Part shown: positions 1-8,746 of the stretch, in pieces | Numbering within the stretch: the first letter of the stretch is position 1 | How the letters are laid out: the number at the start of each line of letters is the position of its first letter | Assembly (NCBI GenBank): GCA_026396675.1 | Contig: JAPLWI010000014.1 | Span: forward strand, 376 to 64,375 | Source of the DNA: Candidatus Kaiserbacteria bacterium | GTDB taxonomy: Bacteria; Patescibacteriota; Minisyncoccia; Phycocordibacterales; Phycocordibacteraceae | Length of the DNA stretch: 64,000 nt | Direction of reading: 5' to 3' | Notes under the pieces: model-generated | What the model was told of the DNA's origin: nothing | The model's input: only the letters and a program-made list of their open reading frames with translations | The model's database searches: none | Made by a program: the position numbers and the translations under genes

Positions 1-250
1 CTTCTCGTATTCTCTCGCCGGAAGCAGAATGTTTCCATATTTTTTCTGTATGTTCATATCTTGATCCGTCATACACACGAATGCGCAAGAAGTTCCACCC
101 TTTCTCATCGAACTTTTGGATATTGAAAAAATAATCCTCCAAATGCGATGTTCCTTTCTTGATAAATTTTGCTTCCTGTAAATAATTTGCACTTGCTGCA
201 AACTCTTTAGCTGTTATTTCGAGTTTATATTCTGTCTCAATTTTAGTCAT
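1..250 (-). CDS. CYTH-domain (triphosphate tunnel metalloenzyme-like) protein, partial; C-terminus lies beyond the window start
   Basis: ATG at 250..248 (minus). Open frame to position 2 with no stop. N-terminus MTKIETEYKLEI carries the ExExK motif typical of CYTH/CyaB-ThTPase. Absent from the ORF track because it is truncated by the window edge. Confidence 0.4.
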   Translation of the reverse strand, partial: MTKIETEYKLEITAKEFAASANYLQEAKFIKKGTSHLEDYFFNIQKFDEKGWNFLRIRVYDGSRYEHTEKIWKHSASGERIRE

Positions 251-267
251 AGAGATTATATTTCCTG

Positions 268-339
268 CGGGTCCAGCTGGACTCGAACCAGCAACTTCGC
301 TTTTGGAGAGCGACATTTTACCATTGAAACTATAGACCC
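268..339 (-). tRNA. trnW: tRNA-Trp (anticodon CCA)
   Basis: Cloverleaf read by eye: acceptor GGGTCTA/TGGACCC, D-loop with GG, anticodon stem TCGCT/AGCGA with loop CTCCAAA, T-loop TTCGAGT. No encoded CCA. Confidence 0.75.
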
Positions 340-348
340 ATCTTTGAA

Positions 349-1062
349 CTAGGTTACCATATTTTCGAGAAAGGCGCGGGCAATAGCCGATATCTTTCTT
401 GAAAGAACCACGTCATGGTATCTGACATGAATGCAGCCATTGTAATTAGGTTTAGTTGACTTACCTGTGTGCGGTTTCCAGAAAGTGTTTTGGAATTGCT
501 GTTCTTGGATTCCAGTAACTTCAGACCAAAAAGTTCTTTGCCTACTTTCATCATGATATTCGTGCAAATGCATTTTAACTCGAAAGCGTTTCTCATCGAG
601 TTGCGGTATTGCTTGGCGCAATAACGCCATAAATCCGCATATGGTGAGCGGTTCGGCATTTGTGAAGGTAAACTCACTATCATTCTTTGATTTTGATCCT
701 TCACACCAATACATCAAAGAACACATAATAAGCGCCATTTCATTATCAATCGTGGTTTTTGACATCGACAATTCTGACTCCTGCTTTACATTTGCAAGTT
801 TTGTGCGGGTTAATTTTCTCTTTGCCTCATTGGCCATTTCGCGAGCCCTCACTTTTCGTGCCTGAATTAATGCACGAGCCCTTTCAGGAAGGACAATGTC
901 TTGTGTCCATAAGGATACAGATGATTTCGATACCTTTAGTTTTTTAGCGATTGCTGGAAGAGTTTTCCCCGATTTCCGCATCAGTATCGCTTGGGAATGT
1001 TCAAATGATTTGGTCTGCATACAACGGTTATAATAACATTGAAACAAGTTCGTATTCTCCAA
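349..1062 (-). CDS. HTH-domain hypothetical protein (possible DNA-binding or mobile-element-related); true start may be the internal Met (MQTKSF, about 1020)
   Basis: N-terminal helix-turn-helix-like segment SGKTLPAIAKKLKVSKSSVSLW. No other recognisable catalytic motif. Divergent from the pilin-SLT gene. Confidence 0.45.
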   Translation of the reverse strand: MENTNLFQCYYNRCMQTKSFEHSQAILMRKSGKTLPAIAKKLKVSKSSVSLWTQDIVLPERARALIQARKVRAREMANEAKRKLTRTKLANVKQESELSMSKTTIDNEMALIMCSLMYWCEGSKSKNDSEFTFTNAEPLTICGFMALLRQAIPQLDEKRFRVKMHLHEYHDESRQRTFWSEVTGIQEQQFQNTFWKPHTGKSTKPNYNGCIHVRYHDVVLSRKISAIARAFLENMVT

Positions 1063-1112
1063 ATAGTGGGGAAAACAGTCCTGAACGCAGTGAAGGGCGG
1101 TATGATGAAATC

Positions 1113-1967
1113 ATGATTCCGTTCTTCGGTCCCATTATTCCTGCCGCTTATAATGTGTGCCCGGCCAGTTGGGGATTGCTTATCACAGTTATAAACAACA
1201 TCATCAGTTTGCTCATTACGCTCGGACTCGTTCTCGTCGCGCCAATTATGATTGCGTATTCCGGCTATCTTTATGTAGTGAGTCCAGTTGATCCAGCGGG
1301 GAAGAGTAAGGCGAGAGGAATTCTTCTCCACACTATCATCGGTATCATTGTGATGTTTGCTGGCTGGCTCATCGTGGATGCAGTGATGGCGGTAATCTAT
1401 AATCCAAGCGCTGTCGGCGGAACTTGGTCATCACTTATTACTTCGGGCGGTATTGACCCCTGTCTCAAACAAGCGGCTTCGCTCATAAATCTTAACCAAA
1501 CAAATTTGAGTGTGTCAGGCATAAGTGCGAATGGCAGTGCAGTATACATAAGCGGGAAGTCAGGCGCCCTATGTGGAAATACGGCTTGCAGTCCAGCATC
1601 TCTCCAAGCAGCTGGTCTTGCCCCAGCGCAGGCCAATGCAATGTCATGCATCGCAATGACCGAGAGCACCGGAAACACAAATACTCCTAGTAGCTCAACT
1701 GGTGCATGCGGGACTTTTCAAATAACGCGTGGAAATTGGAACACAGCGAGTTTTCACCAATCTCCTTGTAGTACAGCCACTCCTTGCAACGATCCAACCT
1801 GCAACTTACAAACCGCACAGATTATGTTCTCCAAATCCGGATATCAGCCGTGGACAGGAATATGTAAAAATGTAAATGGATGCGGAGTTGTTGCCTACGG
1901 GCAACCGTGGAATGCAGGAGCGCGAGCATGTGTAAATCAATATGATCCAGGGAATTTAAAGGATTGA
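1113..1967 (+). CDS. Pilin-like (VirB2/TrbC-type hydrophobic hairpin) protein fused to a C-terminal lytic transglycosylase (SLT-like) domain
   Basis: ORF-track frame 951..1967. ATG at 1113 chosen to avoid overlap with the divergent gene. Two long hydrophobic helices (LLITVINNIISLLITLGLVLVAPIMIAY and HTIIGIIVMFAGWLIVDAVMAVIY). C-terminal SLT motifs: MTES (catalytic E-S), GTFQI (GLMQ-like) and AYGQPWNAGA (AYNAG-like). Confidence 0.5.
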   Translation: MIPFFGPIIPAAYNVCPASWGLLITVINNIISLLITLGLVLVAPIMIAYSGYLYVVSPVDPAGKSKARGILLHTIIGIIVMFAGWLIVDAVMAVIYNPSAVGGTWSSLITSGGIDPCLKQAASLINLNQTNLSVSGISANGSAVYISGKSGALCGNTACSPASLQAAGLAPAQANAMSCIAMTESTGNTNTPSSSTGACGTFQITRGNWNTASFHQSPCSTATPCNDPTCNLQTAQIMFSKSGYQPWTGICKNVNGCGVVAYGQPWNAGARACVNQYDPGNLKD

Positions 1968-1977
1968 TAATATTTTT

Positions 1978-2553
1978 ATGAAAAAACTTCTTATCATCTT
2001 GCTCGCTCTAGCACTTCTGGGATTTATTGCTTTTTGGGTATTTGTTGGTTTTGGTTCTAAGCAAACCATAACCGGTTCTAATGGTGGGAACGTCACTCTT
2101 CCTTTAAGCGGCAATGTACCAACATCTACTTCAGGCAGTTCGATGCAAGATAAAACATCTTTCACAGTAGCTGGCTCTGGAGGAGTCACTATACCAACAC
2201 GCGATTTCCTTCGTGACTCAACCGCAGGAGAATATCCGAACCGTGGCTATTATTACCTTGGTTATCATACATCTGGGGATGGCGTTGTTGACCCAACAGC
2301 AACAAACGATCCTCCATATCTTATCGAATACATAAAAAGTGAACAGTATTTCATTATCGAATTATTGAAGGAACCTATAGGCACAACACGTTTAATCGCA
2401 GAGCAGTATCTTATGGCGCATCTAGGAATCTCACAGGATCAAATGTGCCAGCTTAACTATTCGGTGAGCGTTCCGAATCGTGTCAATTCGCAATATGCCA
2501 GTAAAAATCTCGGATTCAGCTTCTGTCTTGGTGCGACGAAGTTACCAAATTAA
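1978..2553 (+). CDS. Secreted or membrane-anchored hypothetical protein
   Basis: N-terminal signal/TM segment MKKLLIILLALALLGFIAFWVFVGF, then a Ser/Thr/Gly-rich region. Lies 10 nt downstream of the pilin-SLT gene. Confidence 0.45.
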   Translation: MKKLLIILLALALLGFIAFWVFVGFGSKQTITGSNGGNVTLPLSGNVPTSTSGSSMQDKTSFTVAGSGGVTIPTRDFLRDSTAGEYPNRGYYYLGYHTSGDGVVDPTATNDPPYLIEYIKSEQYFIIELLKEPIGTTRLIAEQYLMAHLGISQDQMCQLNYSVSVPNRVNSQYASKNLGFSFCLGATKLPN

Positions 2554-3424
2554 GTTTGCGGAGCCACGCTTTTTGGCGGCGCGCATACTGCCAGAGCTTT
2601 GCCGAAAGCGTGTGTAGTAAAAGTGTCAAACACTCGGTGTTTGACACTTTGTTCTTGTTGAGGAATTCGCCAATGATTTTGTATTCAAGACCGAGTTCGT
2701 TAATTCGTTCGTCGCCATATTTTTCGCGTATGGTGCGGACTTCTTCAATAAGCCCGCGATCAAAGGCACTCGCAAGCCGTGCATCAATTCGTGCTCGTAG
2801 CTCTTCTTTTGGCGGATCAATAACAATCCACTTCGAGCAGTAGCGAGATTCCGAGCCAAACGAGGGACGAACAGGGACTTTTCCTTTTGTATCAATAATT
2901 TCTAACGCGCGGATGAGTCGGCGACGATTTTGTGGGTCGAGTTCAGAGGCGCGGCGCGCGTCCGCAGAACGGACGCGCGTGGACAATTCTTCTGTTGAAA
3001 GTTTTTCAAGTTCAGCACGAAATGCTGGATTCACGTCAATTTCGGGAATGGGACGCAGAAGTGCGTCAAAATAAAAATGCGTTCCACCGACAAGAATCGG
3101 TAGTTTCCCACGTTTCGAAATATCTTCAATTAAACGTGCCGCATCTGTAACGAAATCACCAGCAGAATAGATCTCATTCACATCGTGGATATCAATAAGA
3201 TGATGTGGCACCCCGCACATTTCTTCGGTTGTTATCTTTTCCGTACCAATATCGAGACCACGATACACTTGCCGCGAGTCCACAGAAATTATTTCTCCAA
3301 TGAAGGGTTTCGGAAATCCTTCACCTGATGAAGGATTTCCGAAACCCTTCAAAGCGATCTCAACCGCCAGCGCAGATTTACCCGAGGCAGTCGGCCCCAC
3401 GATGCAAAGAATATGTGTCGCCAT
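2516..3424 (-). CDS. miaA: tRNA dimethylallyltransferase MiaA
   Basis: P-loop CIVGPTASGKS plus SVDSRQVYRGLDIGT motifs. Start reset to MATHIL (3424) because the longer ORF (to 3469) would run into tRNA-Leu. Carries an in-frame palindromic insertion (GFGNPSSGEGFPKP). Confidence 0.85.
   Translation of the reverse strand: MATHILCIVGPTASGKSALAVEIALKGFGNPSSGEGFPKPFIGEIISVDSRQVYRGLDIGTEKITTEEMCGVPHHLIDIHDVNEIYSAGDFVTDAARLIEDISKRGKLPILVGGTHFYFDALLRPIPEIDVNPAFRAELEKLSTEELSTRVRSADARRASELDPQNRRRLIRALEIIDTKGKVPVRPSFGSESRYCSKWIVIDPPKEELRARIDARLASAFDRGLIEEVRTIREKYGDERINELGLEYKIIGEFLNKNKVSNTECLTLLLHTLSAKLWQYARRQKAWLRKLNLVTSSHQDRS
3305..3347. repeat. Palindromic in-frame insertion element, copy A (diverged), inside miaA
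   Basis: GGGTTTCGGAAATCCTTCACCTGATGAAGGATTTCCGAAACCC. About 84% identical to copy B. Encodes GFGNPSSGEGFPKP in the miaA frame. Confidence 0.7.
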
Positions 3425-3428
3425 ACTG

Positions 3429-3510
3429 TGCTGAAGGTGGGAGTCGAACCCACAACCCTTGCGGGACACGATTTTGAGTCGTGCGCGTATACCAATTCCG
3501 CCACTTCAGC
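3429..3510 (-). tRNA. trnL: tRNA-Leu (anticodon CAA), type II with long variable arm
   Basis: Acceptor GCTGAAG/CTTCAGC, anticodon stem CACGA/TCGTG with loop CTCAAAA, long variable arm, T-loop TTCGACT. No encoded CCA. Confidence 0.75.
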
Positions 3511-3567
3511 GCTACAATGCACAATACCATTTCACTACATTATTTTCATCATGGTAAAATTACTTCT

Positions 3568-4548
3568 ATGAATGATGATGCGGGCTATGTACCGACCAAG
3601 TACGATTCGATTTTTTGGATTGATGTCGAGCGCATACAGCCAAATCCATATCAACCGCGGCGCGAGTTCAGTGAAGAAGGTCTTACATCGCTCGCTGAGA
3701 GCATTCGCCAATATGGAGTGCTACAGCCGCTCGTCGTAAGCCGCACTGATGTAGAAAAGCCAGAAGGCGGTCTCGAGAGTTTGTATGAACTCATCGCTGG
3801 TGAACGACGTCTGCGCGCTTCTCGTCTCGCCGGTCTCAAACAAGTGCCAGTCGTGATTCGACATGGCGATAACAACCTCACGAAGCTAGAACTCGCCATC
3901 ATCGAAAATCTTCAGCGGGAAGACCTCAATGCTATTGACCGCGCGAAAGCGCTCAGAAAACTCATCGAGGACTTCGGTATTTCACACGCCGAATGCGCCG
4001 CGAAAATCGGTAAGAGTCGCGAATATGTGTCTAACTCACTTCGTCTTCTTTCTTTACCGGAACACATGCAGAATGCTGTTGTTGGGAAGGAAATAAGCGA
4101 AGGTCATGCGCGTGCGCTTCTCGCTCTCCACGATCGTCCAGAAGAACTCGAAACACTTTTTAAAGAAATCGTCTTAAAGAAATTGCCAGTTCGCGCAGTT
4201 GAACGCATCGCGCGCTCTATCGCGCAGGAGCGCGTGCGCAAATATCATCGTAAAACGCCTGAGATGGTAGAACTTGAAAAAACGCTTACAGAGACGCTTG
4301 GTACGCGAGTCATCATCGAAACCAATAATGCTGAAGAGGGTGGTCGCCTGCTTATTGATTTTTTCTCTCCAGACGATCTATCGGCACTCGCTGCGTCACT
4401 CGCGGCGCACCCGATTTCTGAATCGGGTGCGCCGTCCTCCGAAGCTTCAGCGAAGGAGGACCAATTACTACCTGACCCCGTTCCGCCAGCAGCACCAGAA
4501 GAGTCCGATGACGATGAATTATATTCAGTAAGTGGTTTTACGATTTAA
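3568..4548 (+). CDS. parB: Chromosome partitioning protein ParB/Spo0J
   Basis: ParB box IAGERRLRASRLAG. HTH region. Start set at MNDDAGY to clear tRNA-Leu. Confidence 0.85.
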   Translation: MNDDAGYVPTKYDSIFWIDVERIQPNPYQPRREFSEEGLTSLAESIRQYGVLQPLVVSRTDVEKPEGGLESLYELIAGERRLRASRLAGLKQVPVVIRHGDNNLTKLELAIIENLQREDLNAIDRAKALRKLIEDFGISHAECAAKIGKSREYVSNSLRLLSLPEHMQNAVVGKEISEGHARALLALHDRPEELETLFKEIVLKKLPVRAVERIARSIAQERVRKYHRKTPEMVELEKTLTETLGTRVIIETNNAEEGGRLLIDFFSPDDLSALAASLAAHPISESGAPSSEASAKEDQLLPDPVPPAAPEESDDDELYSVSGFTI

Positions 4549-6133
4549 TTTTCAGAGGTTTCTTTTTCTTTTTTTGTAATCTCGCTGGTTCGCTCATACC
4601 AAGCGCGGCGCGGATATGCCTCCGCGCGAGTGAGGTACGTGCAATTTCAAGCCACTTCGACGAAGGATGTGCGGCATCGCGTCGTATAATTTCAACAACC
4701 TCGCCATTATTTAATTGTGTATCAAACGAAACAAGTTTTCCGTTTACCTTCGCGCCTTGAATGTGATTCCCAAGATCGCTATGTATCGCATAAGCGAAAT
4801 CAATTGGCGTTGATGCTGCGGGTAAATCAACAACATCACCTATTGGGGTAAAGACGAACACGCGATGCGAGAAAAAATCCTCCCTCAAACCCTCTACGAA
4901 TTCTTCAGATCCAGCAACTTCCGCATGCGCTTCAGCGAGCTCGGCGAGCCACAACGGAACTTTTACAGGATCTTTTGTTCCATTTTCTTTTCCGGAAACC
5001 TTCATGAGTGATGGGATGAGCGAGCGAACCCAAGAAAAAGAAAGCGACGAGAACCGATTTTTTTGAACGTCTTTTCCAAGTTTTTCAATTCCTTTACCGA
5101 GTTGTTTATAGGACATGTGTGACGCGATGCCGAATTGTGCACGGCGATGCATTTCTTCAGTGCGAATCTGAATTTCAACAATGCCCGCTTCAGGTGTCAC
5201 AACCGTCGTGTGCAGCGATTGATAGCCGTTCGGTTTAGGGAAGGCGATATAATCCTTAAACTCGCCTGGCAATGGTCGATACATCGCATGCACGACGCCA
5301 AGTGTGGTGTAACAATCCTCAATTTCCGGCACAATAATACGGAGCGCGGCAATGTCGTGAATGAGCGTTATGTCATCATGTTTCCTTTTAAGTTTTTGAT
5401 GCAAGCTCCACAGACCTTTCATGCGAATGTCAGTGCGGAATGTCACGAGATCTTTCTTCGCTAATTCTCGTTTCAATTCTTTTTGTACTTTTGCGAGACC
5501 GTCTTCGGTCTCTTTCGTCTTCAATTTAAGCATTTCGGCGGTATGTCGTGCAGCATCAGGATCTACGAATGGAAATGAAGAGTCCTCTAGATTGCGTTTC
5601 ATCCTTCCCATACCGAGTCGGTCGGCAATGGGAGCATAAATTTCTAGTGTTTCGAGCGCGATACGACGACGTTTCGGTTCAGACACATATTCAAGCGTCT
5701 GCACATTGTGTTTTCTATCTGCAAGCTTCACGATGAGCACGCGAATATCACTAGCCGTCGCAACAAGTAGCCGACGAAGCGATTCGGCATGGCGTTCGGC
5801 GCCTCTATATTTATGTTTACCGAGTTTCGTTACGCCATCAACAATGAAGAGCACTTCCTTCCCGAATTCCTTTTCAATTTCTTCGCGCGTGGTACAACCG
5901 TCTTCAACTGCATCATGGAGAAGTCCTGCAACAATCGTCGTTGCATCCATTCCGTATTCAGCGAGGATTTTTGCCGTTGCCGCCGGATGAATAAAATATG
6001 GTTCACCCGAATAACGCATTTTATTCTCATGCGCTTTCTTGGAGAACTCGTATGCCTTCTCGATAAGCGCAATGTCCTCGGATGAAGGGTTCTTCATCTC
6101 GCCGATAATCTCCTTAACGGTCGTCAGCGCCAT
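4538..6133 (-). CDS. rel: Bifunctional (p)ppGpp synthetase/hydrolase, RelA/SpoT family (short form)
   Basis: HD domain (LLHDAVEDG), RelA/SpoT synthetase region and TGS domain. 531 aa, so the ACT domain is probably absent. Confidence 0.85.
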   Translation of the reverse strand: MALTTVKEIIGEMKNPSSEDIALIEKAYEFSKKAHENKMRYSGEPYFIHPAATAKILAEYGMDATTIVAGLLHDAVEDGCTTREEIEKEFGKEVLFIVDGVTKLGKHKYRGAERHAESLRRLLVATASDIRVLIVKLADRKHNVQTLEYVSEPKRRRIALETLEIYAPIADRLGMGRMKRNLEDSSFPFVDPDAARHTAEMLKLKTKETEDGLAKVQKELKRELAKKDLVTFRTDIRMKGLWSLHQKLKRKHDDITLIHDIAALRIIVPEIEDCYTTLGVVHAMYRPLPGEFKDYIAFPKPNGYQSLHTTVVTPEAGIVEIQIRTEEMHRRAQFGIASHMSYKQLGKGIEKLGKDVQKNRFSSLSFSWVRSLIPSLMKVSGKENGTKDPVKVPLWLAELAEAHAEVAGSEEFVEGLREDFFSHRVFVFTPIGDVVDLPAASTPIDFAYAIHSDLGNHIQGAKVNGKLVSFDTQLNNGEVVEIIRRDAAHPSSKWLEIARTSLARRHIRAALGMSEPARLQKKKKKPLKIKS

Positions 6134-6178
6134 AGGAGCACACTATACACCCTAGTAGAAATAATTTCTAATTTTCAT

Positions 6179-8572
6179 CTATTTCAAATACTCTGCTGCT
6201 TCGGCGGGAGTGAGAAAATCGGCGGAGACGGAAGTGGGAAGATAAATACGGCGCAGGCCTTTTTTCAAAAATAGCCCTTGTTTAGATTTATAGAGCGAGA
6301 GCATTTTGCCGGTACGCGGATGTTTACCAATTTCTTTTACGAGCTCAACGCCTTTCGTTTGTTTTTTTGGCTCGGCGAGAAGAGCGAGCGCTTCATCAAG
6401 CGTGATGGTGTATGGATCTTTCCCGCTTGCAACTTTTATGGAACGAAACTCGCCATCACTGCCGACATACGGACCGAAACGACCGGTTGATGCGAATACC
6501 GGCTTGCTAGTTGAAGGATGCATTCCTAATTCGCGTGGTAGCGAAAGATATTTAAGAGCGTCGGCAAGTGTTACTTGTGCGATATCGATACCTTTTGGAA
6601 TGCTCGCGCGCTTCGCCGCCATTCGCGGTCTGCCGCGTTTGGCGGCGCCCCGCGGAGCCTTGGCGGAGTGGGGTTCTTTTTTTGGCACCTTCTCACCTTC
6701 GCTCGTCGGCATCTCAACATACGGTCCGAATCTTCCTGTCTTTACATAAATCGGTACGCCGGTTTCAGGGTGATTTCCGATTGGTTCGTCACCTTTTAAT
6801 TCAGTACCTTCTTCGGTTCGTGCACCGAGACATTTTGGATAATGTTTGCAACTCATGAAAACGCCGCCGCGACCAAGTTTGAATTCCATTGGGCCTTCGC
6901 AAATTGGGCATGGGAATTCAGGAGAAGTATCACCGAGGGAAGTCGCTTTTGGCAATTTATCTTTCGCATGCACCGCTTTCTCAAACGGACCGTAGAATGC
7001 CGAAAGTGTTTCCGTATACCCGCGCTCACCGCGCGCGATTTCATCTAGTTCATTTTCCATTTCCGCAGTAAAAGTATCACTTACATATTCGGGGAAGTGT
7101 TCCTCAAGCCACCCAGAAACGACCATACCGGTCGCTGTCGGTTTCAATGCACGAACAATCTTTTCGACATAACCACGATCCTGAATCGTTTTCATAATCG
7201 AGGCATATGTAGAAGGACGCCCGATGCCGCGCTTTTCAAGTTCTTTAATAAGACCGGCTTCGGTGTAACGATTTGGCGGTTCAGTTTGTTTTTCTTCTGC
7301 ACCGAGCGATAGAAGCGTTAGCGGATCACCGACAGAAAGTTTCGGCAATTCTATATCTTCACTGCGTGCTTTCGTATCGAGAGCAAGCCATCCGGGGAAG
7401 AGGAGTCGTGAACCAGTTGCAGAAAAAAGAGGAATATCGCGGTCGGCTTTTGCAGTAATGCTTGTACGCATAATTCGCGCGGAAGCCATTTGCGAAGCGA
7501 GCGCACGTGTGCGAATTAATTCATACAATCGTTCTTCGTCCGGTGTTGAACCGGCATGCGCGTGGCTAGAATCAGTTGGGCGAATCGCCTCATGTGCTTC
7601 TTGCGCATTTTTGCTCGTAGTTTTATATGCACGCACATGAAGATATTCTTTGCCAAATTCTTTTTCAACGATACCCGCCATTTTTGCGACGGCTTCTTTA
7701 GCGAGATTCACCGAGTCGGTACGCATATAAGTAATGTGTCCTGCCTCATAGAGTTTTTGCGCGGCGCGCATTGTTCGCGAAGGAGCGAAACCGAGTCGTG
7801 TTGAGGCGACTTGTTGCAATGTTGATGTGGTAAACGGTGGACGAGGATTACGATCCTCGGCTTTTTCTGTAACATCAGCCACATTCCATCTCGCGCTTCT
7901 TCCGATTTGCACAATCCGGTCTGCTTCTTCTTTTGTCTTCGGTTGCTCGCTACAAGTCGCCGCTATATCGCCGGATTTTGATTTGAAGAGCGCAGAAAGC
8001 ACGAAATAAATTTCTGGCACGAACGCCTTAATTTCTCGTTCGCGTTCAGCTAGGATGCGAAGTGCAGGTGATTGCACGCGCCCGGCCGACAACCCGTACC
8101 GCACTTTTTTCCAAATAAGACCGGAAAGATCGTAGCCGACAATGCGATCCAATACGCGCCGCGCTTCTTGCGCGCGGCGCAAATCCTCGTCAATCGCACG
8201 AGGGTGTGCAAGGGCATCTTCAATAGCATCCTTCGTGATTTCGTGAAAGACGACCCGTTTCGATTTTTTCAAATTCGCGACTTCCTTAATGTGCCAAGCG
8301 ATTGCCTCGCCTTCGCGGTCTGGGTCAGTTGCTAGATAAATTTCATCTGCTTTTGTCGCCGCGTGTTTTATTTTTTCAATCACTTCGTGCTTGCCGGCTG
8401 AAACGACATAGCGCGGAATAAAGCCGCCTTCAATATCGACGGCGTCTTTATTTGATTTCGGCAAATCGCGCACATGTCCGACCGAAGCAAGAACGGTATA
8501 GTCCTTGCCCAGGTAATGCCCTATAGTGCGCGCCTTGGTTGGCGACTCAACGATAAGTAATTTGTGGGTCAC
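6179..8572 (-). CDS. topA: DNA topoisomerase I
   Basis: Toprim N-terminus MTHKLLIVESPTKARTI. C-terminal zinc ribbons (CPICEGPMEF...C, SCKHYPKC). 797 aa. Confidence 0.95.
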   Translation of the reverse strand: MTHKLLIVESPTKARTIGHYLGKDYTVLASVGHVRDLPKSNKDAVDIEGGFIPRYVVSAGKHEVIEKIKHAATKADEIYLATDPDREGEAIAWHIKEVANLKKSKRVVFHEITKDAIEDALAHPRAIDEDLRRAQEARRVLDRIVGYDLSGLIWKKVRYGLSAGRVQSPALRILAEREREIKAFVPEIYFVLSALFKSKSGDIAATCSEQPKTKEEADRIVQIGRSARWNVADVTEKAEDRNPRPPFTTSTLQQVASTRLGFAPSRTMRAAQKLYEAGHITYMRTDSVNLAKEAVAKMAGIVEKEFGKEYLHVRAYKTTSKNAQEAHEAIRPTDSSHAHAGSTPDEERLYELIRTRALASQMASARIMRTSITAKADRDIPLFSATGSRLLFPGWLALDTKARSEDIELPKLSVGDPLTLLSLGAEEKQTEPPNRYTEAGLIKELEKRGIGRPSTYASIMKTIQDRGYVEKIVRALKPTATGMVVSGWLEEHFPEYVSDTFTAEMENELDEIARGERGYTETLSAFYGPFEKAVHAKDKLPKATSLGDTSPEFPCPICEGPMEFKLGRGGVFMSCKHYPKCLGARTEEGTELKGDEPIGNHPETGVPIYVKTGRFGPYVEMPTSEGEKVPKKEPHSAKAPRGAAKRGRPRMAAKRASIPKGIDIAQVTLADALKYLSLPRELGMHPSTSKPVFASTGRFGPYVGSDGEFRSIKVASGKDPYTITLDEALALLAEPKKQTKGVELVKEIGKHPRTGKMLSLYKSKQGLFLKKGLRRIYLPTSVSADFLTPAEAAEYLK

Positions 8573-8611
8573 GTTATTAACTCATAGCGCGTATACCTAT
8601 ATATGGTCAAG

Positions 8612-8746
8612 CCCGCACACCTAGTTTGCCATCATTGTTTTTGTGCTAGGAATGATTATTTCTATCTTAAAAACTATCATGGTAGGTCCTGTGGAAAACT
8701 ATTTTTTAAAACAACGTAAAGCACAATGGCAAACTAGGTGTGCGGG
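8612..8746. repeat. 21-bp perfect inverted repeat pair (CCCGCACACCTAGTTTGCCAT / ATGGCAAACTAGGTGTGCGGG) about 93 bp apart. The left arm lies just upstream of the topA start and the right arm ends next to the EEP stop.
   Basis: Arms at 8612..8632 and 8726..8746, with an AT-rich loop between. Each arm is flanked by GGTCAAG. The element abuts both gene ends (topA start at 8572, EEP stop at 8747). Confidence 0.6.

Noticed and set aside
349-1062. Transposase or homing endonuclease call for the HTH protein next to tRNA-Trp
   Set aside because: Only an N-terminal HTH is recognisable. No DDE, LAGLIDADG, HNH or GIY-YIG catalytic motif could be identified, so it is left as a hypothetical DNA-binding protein.
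2556-2895. ORFs overlapping the 3' part of miaA on both strands
   Set aside because: Shadow ORFs within a confident miaA reading frame.
6278-8335. Multiple plus-strand ORFs of 60-147 aa inside topA
   Set aside because: Antisense shadow ORFs within a well-supported 797-aa topA. No RBS or domain support.
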